Source of the DNA: Phaeosaccion multiseriatum
Lineage: Eukaryota > Protista > Ochrophyta, other classes
NCBI GenBank assembly: GCA_965112735.1
Contig: OZ218950.1
Span: 6,944,001 to 7,008,000, forward strand
Direction: 5' to 3'
DNA length: 64,000 nt
Below, one piece after another: positions 11,743 through 28,526 of this stretch. The translations under genes were made by a program, and so were the position numbers. The notes under the pieces were generated by a model. It was not told the DNA's origin. It saw only the letters and a list, made by a program, of their open reading frames with translations, and searched no databases. The stretch's first letter is position 1. Every line of letters starts with the position of its first letter.

Positions 11743-14607
11743 ATGGCACAGGGGTTCGGGAACAGTTTTAGTTGCGTCAACAACGTTCTCGAATGCATCG
11801 GCCCTGCTCCCTTAATCGTTTGTCCAAGCCTTGCTGATGTGAGTGATAACACAGGCTGTGAGTGGAACTTGGAGGCTTGCTTGGCTGGCTGCCTCGCTTC
11901 TTTTCCGACTCGCAGCCACCAGCCAAACTTTTCTTCCTCCTCTCACTCCTCCTCCGCTCTTCTTCTCCTCGCTCTGCGCCCGGCCGGATAACCCATACAG
12001 GTTACTGACTGCACCATTACATGCACCCCACCAGCTCTCCCTAACATGGTGGAATCATGCGATGTACGTACGGCCGCCAGCCAGCCATGGCTGCCTCCTT
12101 CGGCTCCTCCTGGCTGGCTGAGCGATTCATTCCGTCGACTCGCATCAAGTCCAGACACGGTTCACGTACCGTCTGCTCCCCCCCCCCCGCCCCCACGCCT
12201 CTCTCCTCCTCCTCCTCCTCCTCCTCCTCCTCCTCCTCTCCTCCTCCTCCTCCTCCTCCTCCTCCTCCTCCTCCTCCTCCTCCCGTTCTCCTCCTCCTCC
12301 TCCTCCTCCTCCTCCTCTTCCTCCTCCTCCTCCTCCTCCTCCTCCTCCTCCTCCTCCTCCTCCTCCTCCTCCTCCTCCTCCTCCTCCTCCTCCTCCTCCT
12401 CCTCCTCCTCCTCCTCCTCCTCCTCCTCCTCCTCCTCCTCCTCCCATTCTCACCGGCCTCGCTCCGCCCTGCGCCTGCCTACTTACGTCTCTCTTCCACT
12501 TCGAGAACAGTTTGCCACTTTTGGCGAAAGCGTCACGGCACTGTGTCCGTTTGGCAGTTGCCAGGTGAGTGGTGGTGGAGGCGCGCCGAGCGAGACTTCG
12601 ATGCCATCCTCCTACCTCGACTCGGCCGCCTCAGAGACTAGTATTGGCATGCTTAGCCACCCACTCAGATGCTATGCTTGTTTGAGCCATAACTCCTCTG
12701 ACTTTCTTCGCTCTGATCCTTCGCTCTTGGGCTGGCTGCTCATGCATTGGTACTTTACTGCGTTGACTACAGTCTCCAATCTTCGAGGCGGAATCCGCAG
12801 CGGAGTGCGATTCTGGTGCTTGCAACGTGAGTGGTGGTGGAAGCGAGCCGAGCGAGACTTGCTACTTGCTTGAAACACTCTGCTCCATGCATGCATGTGG
12901 CCTTGCTTGGTTGGCTGGTGACCTGCCTCGCTCACACCAAACCGCCCCCGCCCGCTGCCCCGACCCCCCGCAACCCCCCGCAAACTTTCACTGACCACAT
13001 GATGGCGTGGCGGGTACATCAGCTTGCTGATTTTCAACCCGGATCCTGTTGCGACGGCCTAGGTTGGTGAGTTTGCAGAAGGGGTGGGGAGAGAAGAGGG
13101 AGCCGGTAGACAGGGAAAGGAGAGAGGGGGGGGGGTGTAGTCCTGCCTCGGCCTCGGCCGCTCGAGGCACGCACGCGCCACACAGCCACATGACGACCTT
13201 GAAAGTGACGCACCCATGATGGCTGTCAAACAATGCCTCGCCTGCATGGCTGCCCTCAAGCTGTGCTTCTTCCCGGAAAAATTAAGTGCGCACCCGCGCC
13301 GGTTTGTTTCTCCTCCTCCCTCCCTCGTATTGTTCCTACTCCCAGCCCTCCTGTTGTTGAGACCCCTACGTGTTCTAGTACGCCCTCCCCGCCACCTTCC
13401 ACCCCGCCACCTTCCACCCCGCCACCTTCCACCCCGCCACCTACAACCCCGCCACCTACAACCCCGCCACCTACAACCCCATCCGGCGTTATGGACGACC
13501 CCATGGTGCTGGGGCTTAAGGGCCAGCAGTTCCTGTTCATGGGCGTGGACGCCATGTGGTATGCGGCGATCGCCGAAGAGCACATCCAGTGGAACTGGCT
13601 CCTTCACGTCTTCGAAGAGTGCGAGAATGGCCTCAAGCCGGTGAGGATATTGAGGGGGGGGCGAGTGAGAGCAATGAGGAGAGCTGCTTGAATATCCGTC
13701 TCGTGGGAGACTACTCCGGAGTGGCTGCCTCCCCTTCTTGGTTGGGGCCCCGGCTCGCTCACACTCCCCTGCCTGCTGCCTCCCTCGTGCCCGGCCTGCC
13801 CTGCTCGCTTTTTCCCCTCTCACCACACATACGTACGTGTCCAGGCACGCATTCACCTTCTTTGCCACGGACGGCGCGGCGGAGTACGAGATGGAGGTCG
13901 GCGTCAAAGACGTTACCACCTACAACCCCGGATGCCCGGCGGGAGACGGTGACGCGTGCCTCGGCGACGGCTCGCTGGAAATGGTCGTCAACGGCGAAAA
14001 ATACACCAACCCTGGGGAGTACGTGCTTGAGAACGGTGGCTCGATCAGGGCGTTTAACAATGTGGGGGCCTGCCAAATTAAGCGGGACAGTCATATGATG
14101 CAACGCCTCAAGGACGAGGACGAGGAGCTCCGTTCGGCCACGCAGCGTCAGCTCCTCGAGGAGGAAGACTCGGCAACCACGGCCGACCTCCGTGCTCTTG
14201 ATGCGGTGGAGGCTCGTCTCCATACGATGGAGGACCCCGAAGCGTGCAAGGCTTGGATTACCGAGAAGCGTCGTGACCGCGACCTGTTCGACTCCCCCGG
14301 CAGCTGGGCGTCCATCTACATCACTACTTCGTCCTACGCATTCCAGCTCGACTACCGCCAGGAAGTGGAGCGCTGCCATGCCCACGTTGTAGACGCAACC
14401 ATCCTCCTCCACCCCGACGACGCGGGCGTGGAGGAGTGGAGCGGCATTCTAGGGGAGACACAGACCCTGAGGCGCGACTCCGACTCTGGCCGGGTTCTTG
14501 TTCGAGGGCGTCAGGAGGTGCTGAGCTCGATTCGCGACGAAGACTATGTTGTGGATGGGCCTTGGGGAACTGCCTTCCCTGCGCGTGCCAACGCTACTCC
14601 TGAGTAG
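11743..14607 (+). CDS. Putative extracellular protein: Cys-rich micro-exons, (S/T)TPPP repeats and a VWD/root-cap-like domain of a family common in brown algae
   Basis: In-phase exons 11743-11838, 12001-12063, 12511-12564, 12773-12826, 13023-13066, 13346-~13640 and ~13845-14607. Motifs DDPMVLGLKGQQFLFMG...WYAAI and GCPAGDGDACLGDGSL resemble the GDPHxxGFxGQKFDFxG...WY family. Start codon and last junction are uncertain. Confidence 0.6.
12203..12443. repeat. (CCT)n trinucleotide microsatellite, ~80 units, intronic
   Basis: Seen directly; it produces the spurious poly-S/L/P/G ORFs in the track. Confidence 0.95.
13387..13480 (+). repeat. 15-bp coding tandem repeat (~6 copies) encoding STPPP/TTPPP linker
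   Basis: ccccgccaccttcca / ccccgccacctacaa units. Confidence 0.9.
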
Positions 14608-14990
14608 CTATGCTGAAGTCGTGGCTTGGTCGGCTTTCTGCGATCACAGATGCCCATGGAGAACCAGTGCCAAAGGCATGTCGTCAGGCAGGACCTACTA
14701 TTTATTATATCTACCCCACCACCGTGCCCTCCATTCCCTTCCCCTCCCCTTTCTCTAATTTTTTATTTTTTTTTTTATTTCTTGTATAATACTAATAGCT
14801 AATACTGTAGCAGAGGAAAGGAAAGGAGGTTGTTCTATGGTTGTCTAAAAGTAATGTGTCGTTTATGTCGGGCCCCGGGCCCGCAGCTACGAGAGACCTG
14901 TGATTTTGTCGTCGACCCTCACCTGTTGGTCCTCCATATTTCTGGGGTTGGGGTGATGCTCCATTCCTCTCTCTCTCTACCTCTGGATCA

Positions 14991-17536
14991 ATGGCAGCGC
15001 ACCCGCAGTACCTGGACCGAGTGTCCTGGCAGCAGCACGACTTCGGCCTGGACCGCCGCCTGAGGAAGGCATGCTCCCGCCTGGGCTGGATATACCCCAG
15101 TCTGGTGCAGCGCCAGTGCATCCCGCTGGCTCTCTCAGGGAGGGATCTACTGGTCAGAGCAAGGACCGGGTCAGGGAAGACCGCGTCCTATGCCCTCCCC
15201 CTGCTGCATAAGATACTGTGCACGAAGGAACAGGCTGCCTCTGGGGCAGCGGGCAAGTCATCCGTGTGCGCCGTGGTGCTGGTCCCCACCCGAGAGCTTT
15301 GCGAGCAAGTGCGGGCTCAGATTACAGAGCTGCTCTTCTTTTGTCAAGGGGTGGTGAGCCTGTTGGCGCTTGGGGGAGACAACATGGAGGCCCAGAAGGC
15401 GCAGCTCCGGGACAAGCCTGACGTGTTGGTGTCCACCCCTGCTCGGTTGGTGGCCCACCTCAAAGCAGGCAATGTCGAGGTGAGGGAAGGCTACGGGGAG
15501 AGGGGAGAGGGGAGAGGGGGGGCAGGGTTGAAGGAAGGGACCCGCCACACTGGAACACGGAGTGACGGGGTGAAGGAGTGGAGTCCACGGATCAGGTCCA
15601 GTCAGGGTTTGAGGTAGTGAACGACACGACCCCAACTCTGTCCCTCCTACGCATGTGTGTGTATGTGTGTGGGTCCGTCTAAGCAGCTCCGCGATAGCGT
15701 GGAGACCCTTGTAGTGGACGAGGCAGACCTCGTGCTCTCCTACGGTTACCAAGAGGACCTCATCACCATCACCAGCCATCTGCCGAGCATCTGTCAGAGC
15801 TTCCTCATGAGCGCCACACTGCCGAAGGAGCTGGAGGAGCTGAAGCGGGTGGTGCTACACTCGCCAGCCATCCTCAAGCTGGAGGAAGGGGACGGGGGTG
15901 GCTTGGGGGGAGGCAGGCTGACGCAGCTATTCCTGCCGCTGCAGACGGAGGAAGACAAATACCTCATGCTCTTTGCTTTCCTCAAGCTCGGGCTGCTCGA
16001 GGGGAAGGGGCTCTTCTTCGTCAATCAGGTACGGTACCCCCACAGCGCATAGTCCAAACCATGCATGCCCTGGGGCTGGCAAGACAAGACAGTGACGTCC
16101 CCACTAGTGCCGCTTGTTTCTTGCATTGCGCACACAAAGGAATCAAGCCGCGAGTCTCGTTCGCTTCTCTCTCTCTTCTCTCTCTCTCTCTCTGTGTGTC
16201 TCTCTCACTGTCTCCCTCTCTTTGATGGGAACCATCAATTCAAACGGGAGCAGGTGGAGGGGGCGTACCGTTTCAAGCTGTTTCTGGAGAGCTTCTTCAT
16301 CCGGAGTGCCGTCTTGAATGCCGAGCTTCCTCTCAACAGCCGCCTGCACGTGTTGGAGGAGTTCAACAGAGGCATCTTCGACTATCTTATCGCTACGGAT
16401 GATAGCGTGGAGGCGGGAGGAGGGTCGTCGTCGGATGAGGATGAGGAAGATGAGGACGAGAGTGACGATGACGAGGAGGAAGAGGAGGAGGAGGAGGAGG
16501 AGGAGGAGGAGGAGGAGGAGGAGGAAGAAGGAGAGGAGGATGAGGAACAAGATAAGGAAGGGACCGACTCAGATGATGATGAGGAGAACGGCGAAGACGA
16601 GGAGGAGGAGAGCGAGGAGAGCGAGGCGGGAAAGAGGGATTCTCTTAGTGACAAGCTGAAGCGAAAGAACAAGAAGAAAGAGGGGAAGAAGAGTACCAGG
16701 GGCAAGAAACAGCAGCATCAGCAGCAGCGCAAAGGCTCCAAACGCTCCGACAGCGAGTACGGTGTGTCACGTGGTATTGACTTTCGCGGGGTAAACTTCG
16801 TTGTCAACGTCGACTTCCCCACCAGCACGGCGAGCTACACACATAGGGTGGGCCGTACAGCAAGAGGAGGGGCGAGCGGGTCTGCGTTGAGTCTGGTGGT
16901 GGCGACTAGGCCAGAGGAGGTACGAATGCTTCGTCAGGTCCAGCAGGCACAGCCCCCACTGCCCCCCACGCCAGCGTATCACCAACAGCAGCAGCAAGGG
17001 CAGGGAGGGGGGGCGGATGGAGAGAACCTTTTGACGTCAATGGGAGGCGGCCCGGAGGAGGGGGGCGGTGCAGCCGGGGCGGGGGTGAGTCAGCCCACGG
17101 AGCTGGCCTTTGACATTCGCGAGGTGAGAGGGAGAGGGAGGGAATGGAGGGGAGGGGGGGAAGGGGAGCACAAGAACGGACATGTGTGGAATGAGAGGGG
17201 AGAGCGAGAAGAGAGACACCCCCCCTTCTCCTTCTCTTTCTCTGTCCTGATACCTCCTGTCCTGACACTCTTTCTGTCCTGACACCCTCCCTCTCTGTCC
17301 TGACGCTCACCACCCCCTTCTCTTTCTCTGTCTTGACACTCATACTCGTCTCGCTGTAAAAGGTGGAGCAGTTCCGTTACCGCGTGGAGGATGTGCGGCA
17401 GAAGATCACACGCATCATGGTCAAGGAGGCAAGAGTACAGGAGATCAAACAGCAGATCATCAACTCGAACAAGCTCCAGGTGAGGCAGTCACAAGAGAGA
17501 CGGAGTAAGGGAGAGAGAGAAAGAGAGAAAGAGAGG

Positions 17537-17594
<58 letters not shown>

Positions 17595-18415
17595 AAGAGA
17601 GGGAGATGGAGGGAGGGGGGCAGGGGGGGGAGATGTGAACAGGCAGGGATCCGTCCCATGCGGCCCACACAGCACCTCTCAATAAACTTGCCCATCCTCT
17701 CCCCTCCCCTCCCCAAATGGCAACCACCCACCCCCCACCCATCTACCCATCGATCGCAATGAACCATGGACCATGGACGGACTCAACTCAACTCCTAATA
17801 CGGACACCTCCAACACGGGGCCCACCTTCTTTTGATTGTTTTGATTTAGCTGCACTTCAAGGAGAACCCCGAAGACCTTCGTGTGCTCAGGCATGACAAG
17901 ACCGTGCTGCACCCCGGCAGGAAGCAAGACCACCTCAAGACCATACCGAAATACCTCATGCCAATGGGCCTGCAGGTAAGTCAAGAAAGAGAGGGAGGGA
18001 GGGGGGAAGGGAGCAAGGAAGTCCGACACACACGGCTGGGCTAAAGTCACACTCCCCCCCCCCCCCCCCCCCCCTGACCCTGACCCCACACACCCAGACT
18101 GGCGAGGACCCCACCGTCCGTCAGCGCAGGAAGCGGAAGCGTGGCGGCGTCAAGATAGGGTCGGGGTTGGGCGAAGAAGCCTCCCGACGCAAGGACAACG
18201 ATCCTTTGCAGAGCTTCGAAGCAGGAGGGTCGCTGAAGGAACATGCCAAGAAGAAGGTGGAGGGGAGGGTGGTGGGGTTGAGGGAGTATGTGGGTAAGAG
18301 CACCTCGGGGAGGAGGAAGTGGCAGGAGAAGCACAAGAAGGGGAAATTCAGCAAGGCCTTTGCGGCAAGGGCAAAGAACAAAAAGGGGACACAGTTTCAC
18401 ATTCCGATGGTTTGA
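14991..18415 (+). CDS. DDX56: DEAD-box RNA helicase DDX56/DBP9 (60S biogenesis), 6 exons
   Basis: Exons 14991-15479, ~15687-16028, 16254-17123, 17363-17479, 17850-17975, 18098-18415. Motifs [69 protein letters not shown] and HFKENPEDL are typical of DBP9. Confidence 0.92.
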
Positions 18416-19232
18416 TTTTTTTTTCATGTTGTTGTGTTTGTTGGGTCTTTTGATTTCGATTCGATTTGATGTGATTTGATTAGGGGGTGGGTGGCGCCGT
18501 GCAGGGGAATGCTCCCAATTTTGCTTGAGAAAGGTTTGACCCTCTTGCTATCGTGTTAGGAAGTGTTACGTAAGCTCGAGAGTATGTTTGGTTGGGTACC
18601 TTGTACAAGTACCCCTTTGCAAAGAACTGAAAGGGGTTCTCGAGTGAGTGCTGGTCGTGTGTCCCTGACTTACTCACAGCTGTGGTGTGTGTGGGGCGTA
18701 GTTTGAGGCTACGTGAGCCTCGCACTTGCCAATGAGAAGGTGTCAATCAATGAGTGTTTGGTGTGGGGCGTCTTGGGTTGCCGGCGATAAGAGGTGTGCG
18801 TCCATCGATCATCGATGTGCGTGCTCTGTGTGGCGAGAGAGAGCGCGTCGTTCGGGGAAAGGAAGGGAGGGCCGCGTAAACTCTCGCCCCCCCCCCAGTG
18901 ATGTTCAAACCTACCATTAGTTCAATATATTATAGGGAGAAAAAAGATTGATTGTAATGAATGAAAGAATGAAAGCCACGCTAAACAGCTCGCGCTTAAC
19001 AGCAAAAATGTGGCGTACCAAAGAGTGTGCGTTGGTACATGAGTGTGTGAGTGTGTGCGTGTGTATCCCCCTCGATATCTCCCATCTACTGCCATCTCTC
19101 TCATCTCCACTCTGTCTCCGTTTCGTGTTGGTGGAGGTGTGCTGCGCTCCCTCCTTCCCTTCTCCCCTCCCACCCCTTTCCCCCCTTCGCCACCCTCCAC
19201 TGCCATCCCCCATCCCTTCATCCAACCTTCCC

Positions 19233-22200
19233 TCACGCGGAGGGCAGAAGCCTCGCCGCCTCCGGAAACTTGGCCCCATATACCTCCGGCTGCATGTAAC
19301 GCACCACCACCTGCCTGCCCGCAAACCACCTCCCGTGCATGGCGCTCGAACACGCCACACAGGCACTGGCGCTGTCAAAGGCCACATACACGCATCCTGT
19401 GGGGTCGCTCGTATCCACGAACGAGTGGCAAACCTTGCCGTGCTGCTGGCACTCGTCCTCCACGTCTTCCTTGATGCCCATCTCCCACCCCTGTTCCGTC
19501 TCCTCCTCGGGGTCGAACATGTTCTGGAGCTTACAGCAGGCGGAGGGGGTGCCCTCGACGGGCCCGACACCCCCCCCACTACCGCCAGAGGTCATCGGTG
19601 CTGCTGCTTCAGCCCCCAGTGCACCGCCCCCAGGGGTCGCTGCTGCGAGCGCCGCCATTGCCTGTGCCTGGGCTTGTTGCGTGGCCATCAAAGCGGCAGG
19701 GGTGGTGGGATTGGCAGACCCATTAAAGACGGGGTTGGCACCCACGGAGGTAGGGTTGCCCAATGCTGCAGAGAGAGCCGCGCTGGTGGTCATGCTCACA
19801 GGCGGCATCCCTCCTCCCGCCACGCCCGCCTGCGCCTGCTGGACCTGCTGCTGCAGGACCTGAGGAGGGAAGGTAGGCCCGACCGCAGGGGGTGCCATCC
19901 CCATTGCCTGGGCCAGGGCCGCCTGGGTTGCGGCGCTCGGCTCGCTGGGCACTCCTCCTCCCGCGCCCCCCATTGGCACGCTCAAAGCGGGGGCCCTAGC
20001 CATGGGCACAGTCATGCCGGCCGCCTGCCCAAGTTTGGCCATGAGGGCCGCCCGTGAAGTCGAGTCCATCTTGGTGCCGCCCCCGCCCTGCTCATCCAGC
20101 TTCCAGCTCGCAGCACCCGCATTCGTTGCACCTGTCCCTGCCCCACCCATACCAGCGGCGGCGGTGGCGGCGGCGGCGGCGGCAGCAGCAGCAGCGGTAG
20201 CCGCGGCATGCTGGGCAGGCTCTGCGGCGAAGGCCACGCTAATGTTCTTGCCGGCAAGGTCCAGTCCGTTGCAAAACTCCAAGCATTGGGCCGCAGCCTC
20301 TCGGCTCTTGAACGTTGCAAAGGCAAAGCCCTTGCTCTCCCCTGCCTCATTGACATGCAGCACTAGAGACTCGAGCTCTCCAAAGGCCACAAGCACTGTA
20401 CGCACGTCGTCCTCCGTGAGGTTCGCATGCAGACTGCCCAGATAGAGTTTGCGCTTCTCGGACTCCGGCGAGGGGCCCTTGTTGGGCATGTTGTTGGCGT
20501 TGATCGTCTGAGAGGAAGGAGCACCAGCTCCCCCTGCTGCCTTAGCCTCTTGCTTGGCGTTGAAGTTGCGCTCTGCCTCCGAAGCACGCACCCCAATGGG
20601 GAACTTTTGAAAGTCCGGCACAGTCATGTTCAGAGCAAGTGCTCCTGGAAGGGCCTCAAGGTCGGAGAGCTCGACATATGCGAAGCCCTTGTGCCGCTGT
20701 GAGAACTTGTCCCGCATCATGATCACGTTCTTTACCTGTTTGGGGGGGGGGTTCTTTCGTCAGTTGCCATTCAATTGTTGTGCAATGGAGTGAGTAAACG
20801 TGGGATTCGCTCACCCTCTCACTCACCCACCCGTTCATCCACCCGCTCATCCACCGACTTGCTCACCCACCCACTCACTCACCCACCCACTCACCCACCC
20901 AATCACTCACCCAGTCCCTCACTCAGTCCCTCACCCATCCACCCCATTCATTCACACAATCACTCACCCAGTCACTCACCCATCCACCACACCCACCCAC
21001 TCACCCATCCACCCCACCCACTCACCCACACACCCACACACCCCACCCACCCCTCACCCACTCACCCACTCACTCACTCCCTCCTTCCCCCACTCAACCC
21101 ACTCCACTCACTCACCCACCCACTCACTCACCCACACACCCACCCACCTACCCCCTCACTCCCTCTCTCACCCACCTCACTCAATCACTCACTCACCTCG
21201 CAGCCGCATGCCTTCTCGAAGAAGGCCTTGACGTCCTTCTCTCGAACCTTAATCACCAACTGGTCCACAAATACCGTCCGCTGGTCCTTGGTCAACTCAT
21301 CCAGTGCCGTCTGTTGTTTGAGGGCCTCCTTCTCCTCGGCAGTAAGCGGCTCTGGCTCGGGGCTAGGACTCTTCCTCTTGCTCCTGCTGCTGCGATGGTA
21401 GCTGCTGCTGCGCGCCCCCCGATCCCGATCCCTACCACGGTCGCGGCTCCTGCTTCGATACCCGCCCCCCCTCCTCTCCTCCCTGTAGCCGTCCCGCCCT
21501 TCCCTCCCGCCTCCTCGATGTCTCCTGTCCGACCTGTCTCTGTCTCGCCCTCCTCGCTCTCGGCTCCGATCTCGGCGGCGGTGATCGTCCCCTCCTCGGT
21601 GGTGGTCCCGATCTCTGTCTCTCCGGCTTGACCCCCTGTCTCTGTCCCTCCTGCTTCCTCCCCGGCTCCGACTGCGACTGCGGCTGCGGCTGCTCTTCTT
21701 CCGCTTGTGCCGCCTGCTGCTGCTCTCCCGCTGATCCTTGTCTGCGTCCTTATCCTCCCCTCCCCTGGAGCGGCTGCGAGAGCGGTGTCTGTCGCTCTTG
21801 TGCCTCTTGCTGCGTGAGCTGCGGTGTCTGTCGCGGTCACGCTCGCCCTTGGACTTGCCGATGAGCCGCTCGCCCTCGGGGGAGGGAGATCGACTCCTGC
21901 TGGCGCTGCGTCTGCGGAGGGAGTAGAAAGTAGAGATTGAGAAAAAATGGGGGGGGGGGGGGGGAGAAAGCAGAGAAGGAGGTAAATAGACAGTTAGAGT
22001 GGGCTGGCGGTCGTCGGCTACAGTGTCTCCCACACCTCCCCCCGCCATGCCAACGGCTGTGGCGATCCTCTCTCTGAGGGGGTGTTGCGCATCATGCCGA
22101 CGAAGAAACCTCCCTCCCTCGAGGCGAAGTAGGTATATGATGCACCGCCCCGCCCCCCCCCCCCTCCTTTTCACAATTGCAGGTTGGTTGGTTGGTTTGG

Positions 22201-23350
22201 GGCGTCTCTGGAGGGGATTGTTTCGTCATGATGTTATCATTGGGTTAGAGCAGTCGACTCGAGTGGATGGGCAAGTACGAAGAGGAGGGAAGAAAGGAAA
22301 GAAGGTGGGTCGAGGTGTTGGTGGGTGGTGTGTTTGGGTGTGTTTGGGGTAGTGGTGTCGTCTGTGGCCTCCGATTCCATCCCAACTGAAGTGATGGACC
22401 GACGAACCCGCTCTGGCGTAGAGGGTCGACTCTGCTGCTGCTGCTGCTGCTGCTGCTGCCCCTTCGTCTTCCAATGGCCATCTTTCTGTCCTGTTCAAGA
22501 ACACAGAGCTGCAGTTGAGAGCAGGTGGGCCTTATCGGGTGCCCAGGCAATGACTGAACACACTGACCACCCACTTTACTTTCACCATCACATACAGGCT
22601 GCGTTGCGTTCCTGGTGCGAATGCCCGGTAGTAGAAGGCGCCCTTGCCTAACAAACACAAAGACATGAGGGATGGAACGAGATGCCGCCCCCAAAACCGG
22701 TAGCGAATCCTCTCCTTTCCCGACCAGCAAGAGCCTGAACGTCAAGTGCAGAGTACGACAGGAGGAAGGGGTGCGGAGGAGGCAAGCCGATTCCCCTCCT
22801 TGTCCAGGACCCAATCCATGTCCCCCGACTCCGCTGCTCCCCTTCCCCCTTCTCACCGCCTCTCTTCGGTCGATCAGTCACCCCCAAAACGAACGATAAC
22901 CGCAGGGATCTGGAAAGCCTCCTCCTTCATCCTTTCTCTGTCTGTCTGTCTCAGGCGCATATTTTGCTTTGTTTGGAGCGCTGCCAATCGCCAAACTGTC
23001 CAGTAGAAGATCTTCGGGGATGAGCGGGGAGTGGTGGTGCGGAGGAGGAGGAGGTGGTGGTGGTGGTGGTGGTGGTGGTGGTGGAGGAGGAGGAGGAGGA
23101 GAGAATGGCAGGAACATAACACTAGATCTCACCTTTTCCCATTGGTTTGCTCTACGCCGCCGTCCCCGTTGTCGCGGCCATTGGCCGGGCTTCCTCCCCC
23201 GTCTTCTTCTCCGCCGCCGTCACGAGAAGACGTTCCCTCCTCCTCCTTTGCGCCTCCGTTGGTGGTGCCGTTGTGCTCCACCTCATCCCCCGGCACGCTG
23301 CTGCTGCTTCCATTGTCACTCCCAGAGCGTTGGTCCTCTTCTCCACTCAT
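19233..23350 (-). CDS. RBM39: RBM39/CAPER-like splicing factor (RS domain, 2 RRMs, C-terminal UHM)
   Basis: Exons 23350-23133, 21911-21197 and 20735-19233 join in phase. RS-rich region; DQRTVFV...KGFAYVE (RRM1); KLYLGSLH...KGFAFATF (RRM2); SRAALMAKLG linker; LQNMFDPEEETE...IKEDVEDEC...HGRWFAGR (UHM). Confidence 0.92.
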
Positions 23351-23523
23351 CTCGCTGCTGCTTTCTGGCGTGCAATTTTCCAATTTTCCACCCTCCAGAG
23401 GTGAAACTGAAACTGGGCGTGACTCAAGGCGGGTTGTTGGATAAAAGCGAGAGCTGTTGTGGTTAAGAGTTATTGTTGTGAATAAAGACAGAGGATCGAA
23501 GGTCGCTTCGAACAGTGCGGAGA
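23351..23523. promoter_or_regulatory. Probable bidirectional promoter/5' region shared by RBM39 and sufS
   Basis: Divergent start codons are only 173 bp apart. Confidence 0.5.
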
Positions 23524-27100
<3,577 letters not shown>

Positions 27101-27437
27101 CAGCAGGAGGCGCCGCACGAGAATGAGGAGTCCGTAGCGCGCCAATACCGAGGAGCTGCAGCGGTAAGAGTCGATACGAGCACAGCATCGCGGCGGCAGA
27201 AGGGAGGCTCCTTTCTCCCCTCCGGCCTTACTGAAGGCCAGAATTGTAGCTGCAGGGGAGGATTATTAAGGGGACGAAAAGAGCCATACCGTGTGCCACA
27301 TTAAAAGACTAATTTATTAGGTAATTTATTAGGAATGGGTTGTAAATTTACATATAGCGCCGATGGATACGATAAGTGAACCAAAACGCAGGGCTCAAAG
27401 TGGCACGAAGTTGCCCGATCAACAAGTCTGTGTCTGC

Positions 27438-28526
27438 TTAGCTCTGGAGCACCGCTTTGGTCGCGCACTGATCGAAGGCATCCACCACCTTCCCACACGC
27501 CAGTACGTCCGCGTCGCCTGCGCGAAAGGGGAAGGAGGGAGGGAGTGACGGACGGACGGACGGAGAAAGGGAGGGAGGGAGGTTGGCCATCGATGACCAT
27601 GCAAGCAATGCAGAGAGGGAAAGAAGAATGAAGGCCGCACCGCTTGCATAAACATGCAGAGTGACATGCAGAGTGCAGAGCATAAACATGCAGAGTGAGG
27701 CGGTGCTGCCATTAACAACCACAGAGTGCAACACGCTCTAGGCCTCACCTCGGTAGCATTTCAAGACGGCTTCTTGCTCCTCCTGACACGCCGGCTCCCC
27801 CTCTGGTACTCGGAACTGCTGCACCTTGATACCTGTCCGGGCAGAGCGAGACAAAGAGAGAAGGGAGGAGCAGCAGAGGGTATCGTGAACAATGGTGCCT
27901 CCCTGCACATGACAAGCTGTGCGTAGAGGTAGGTGAGGGTCTACGTAGCGAGAGGAAGGGTACTGCTATGCCTGCGTGGAGCCAAAGCTCCATCAGAAGA
28001 TAGACAAGTTCCTGGAATCATTCGGCATCAATTCCAAGAGAAGCAGATTTTGCCTTCCCTTCACAGCCCTTCTTTGTGTTCTAGTGCATCAACCATCGCA
28101 ATCTCCCCCTGCCGTGTCCTATCCTTCACCCCTTGCCCCCCCCCCCTCCTCTTTCTCATAGACTTGGCCCATAGTGATCTTCCTCCTTCTCCCCGCCTTC
28201 CCTTCCTTCTCCCCACTCGTGCACTTACTTTCTGTGAGACTTCGGACCTCCTCCTTCTGCGAAGCCTCTCCCCTCTGCAACTGCGACACCGATTGCTGCA
28301 GCCCAACCATACGCCCTTGGTCGAACGCAGCTTGCAACCTTGGGTCCCCTCCCCCTCCCCCCCTTGCTGCTTCTGTTCCCGCTGCCTCCCCTGCTGCTGC
28401 CTCTATATTGGCCTTGAGACCCTCGAGCAAAGCAGGGTCCACTTGCACTGTAATCTTCTGGGGCGCCTCTTGCTCCAGCTCCACCTCATCTGGCTCTTGC
28501 TCCGCGCTACTCCCCCCGTTCCCCAT
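27438..28526 (-). CDS. Mic19/CHCHD3-like MICOS subunit (N-myristoylation motif plus twin CX9C CHCH domain), 153 aa, 3 exons
   Basis: Exons 28526-28229, 27832-27749 and 27517-27438 total 462 nt in frame. Starts MGNGGSS. C-terminus has C-QEEQEAVLK-C and C-GKVVDAFDQ-C. Confidence 0.7.

Noticed and set aside
12046-12873. Poly-Ser/Leu/Gly ORFs
   Set aside because: Translations of an intronic (CCT)n tract.
18948-20445. Long plus-strand ORFs overlapping RBM39
   Set aside because: Antisense shadows of a GC-rich coding exon.
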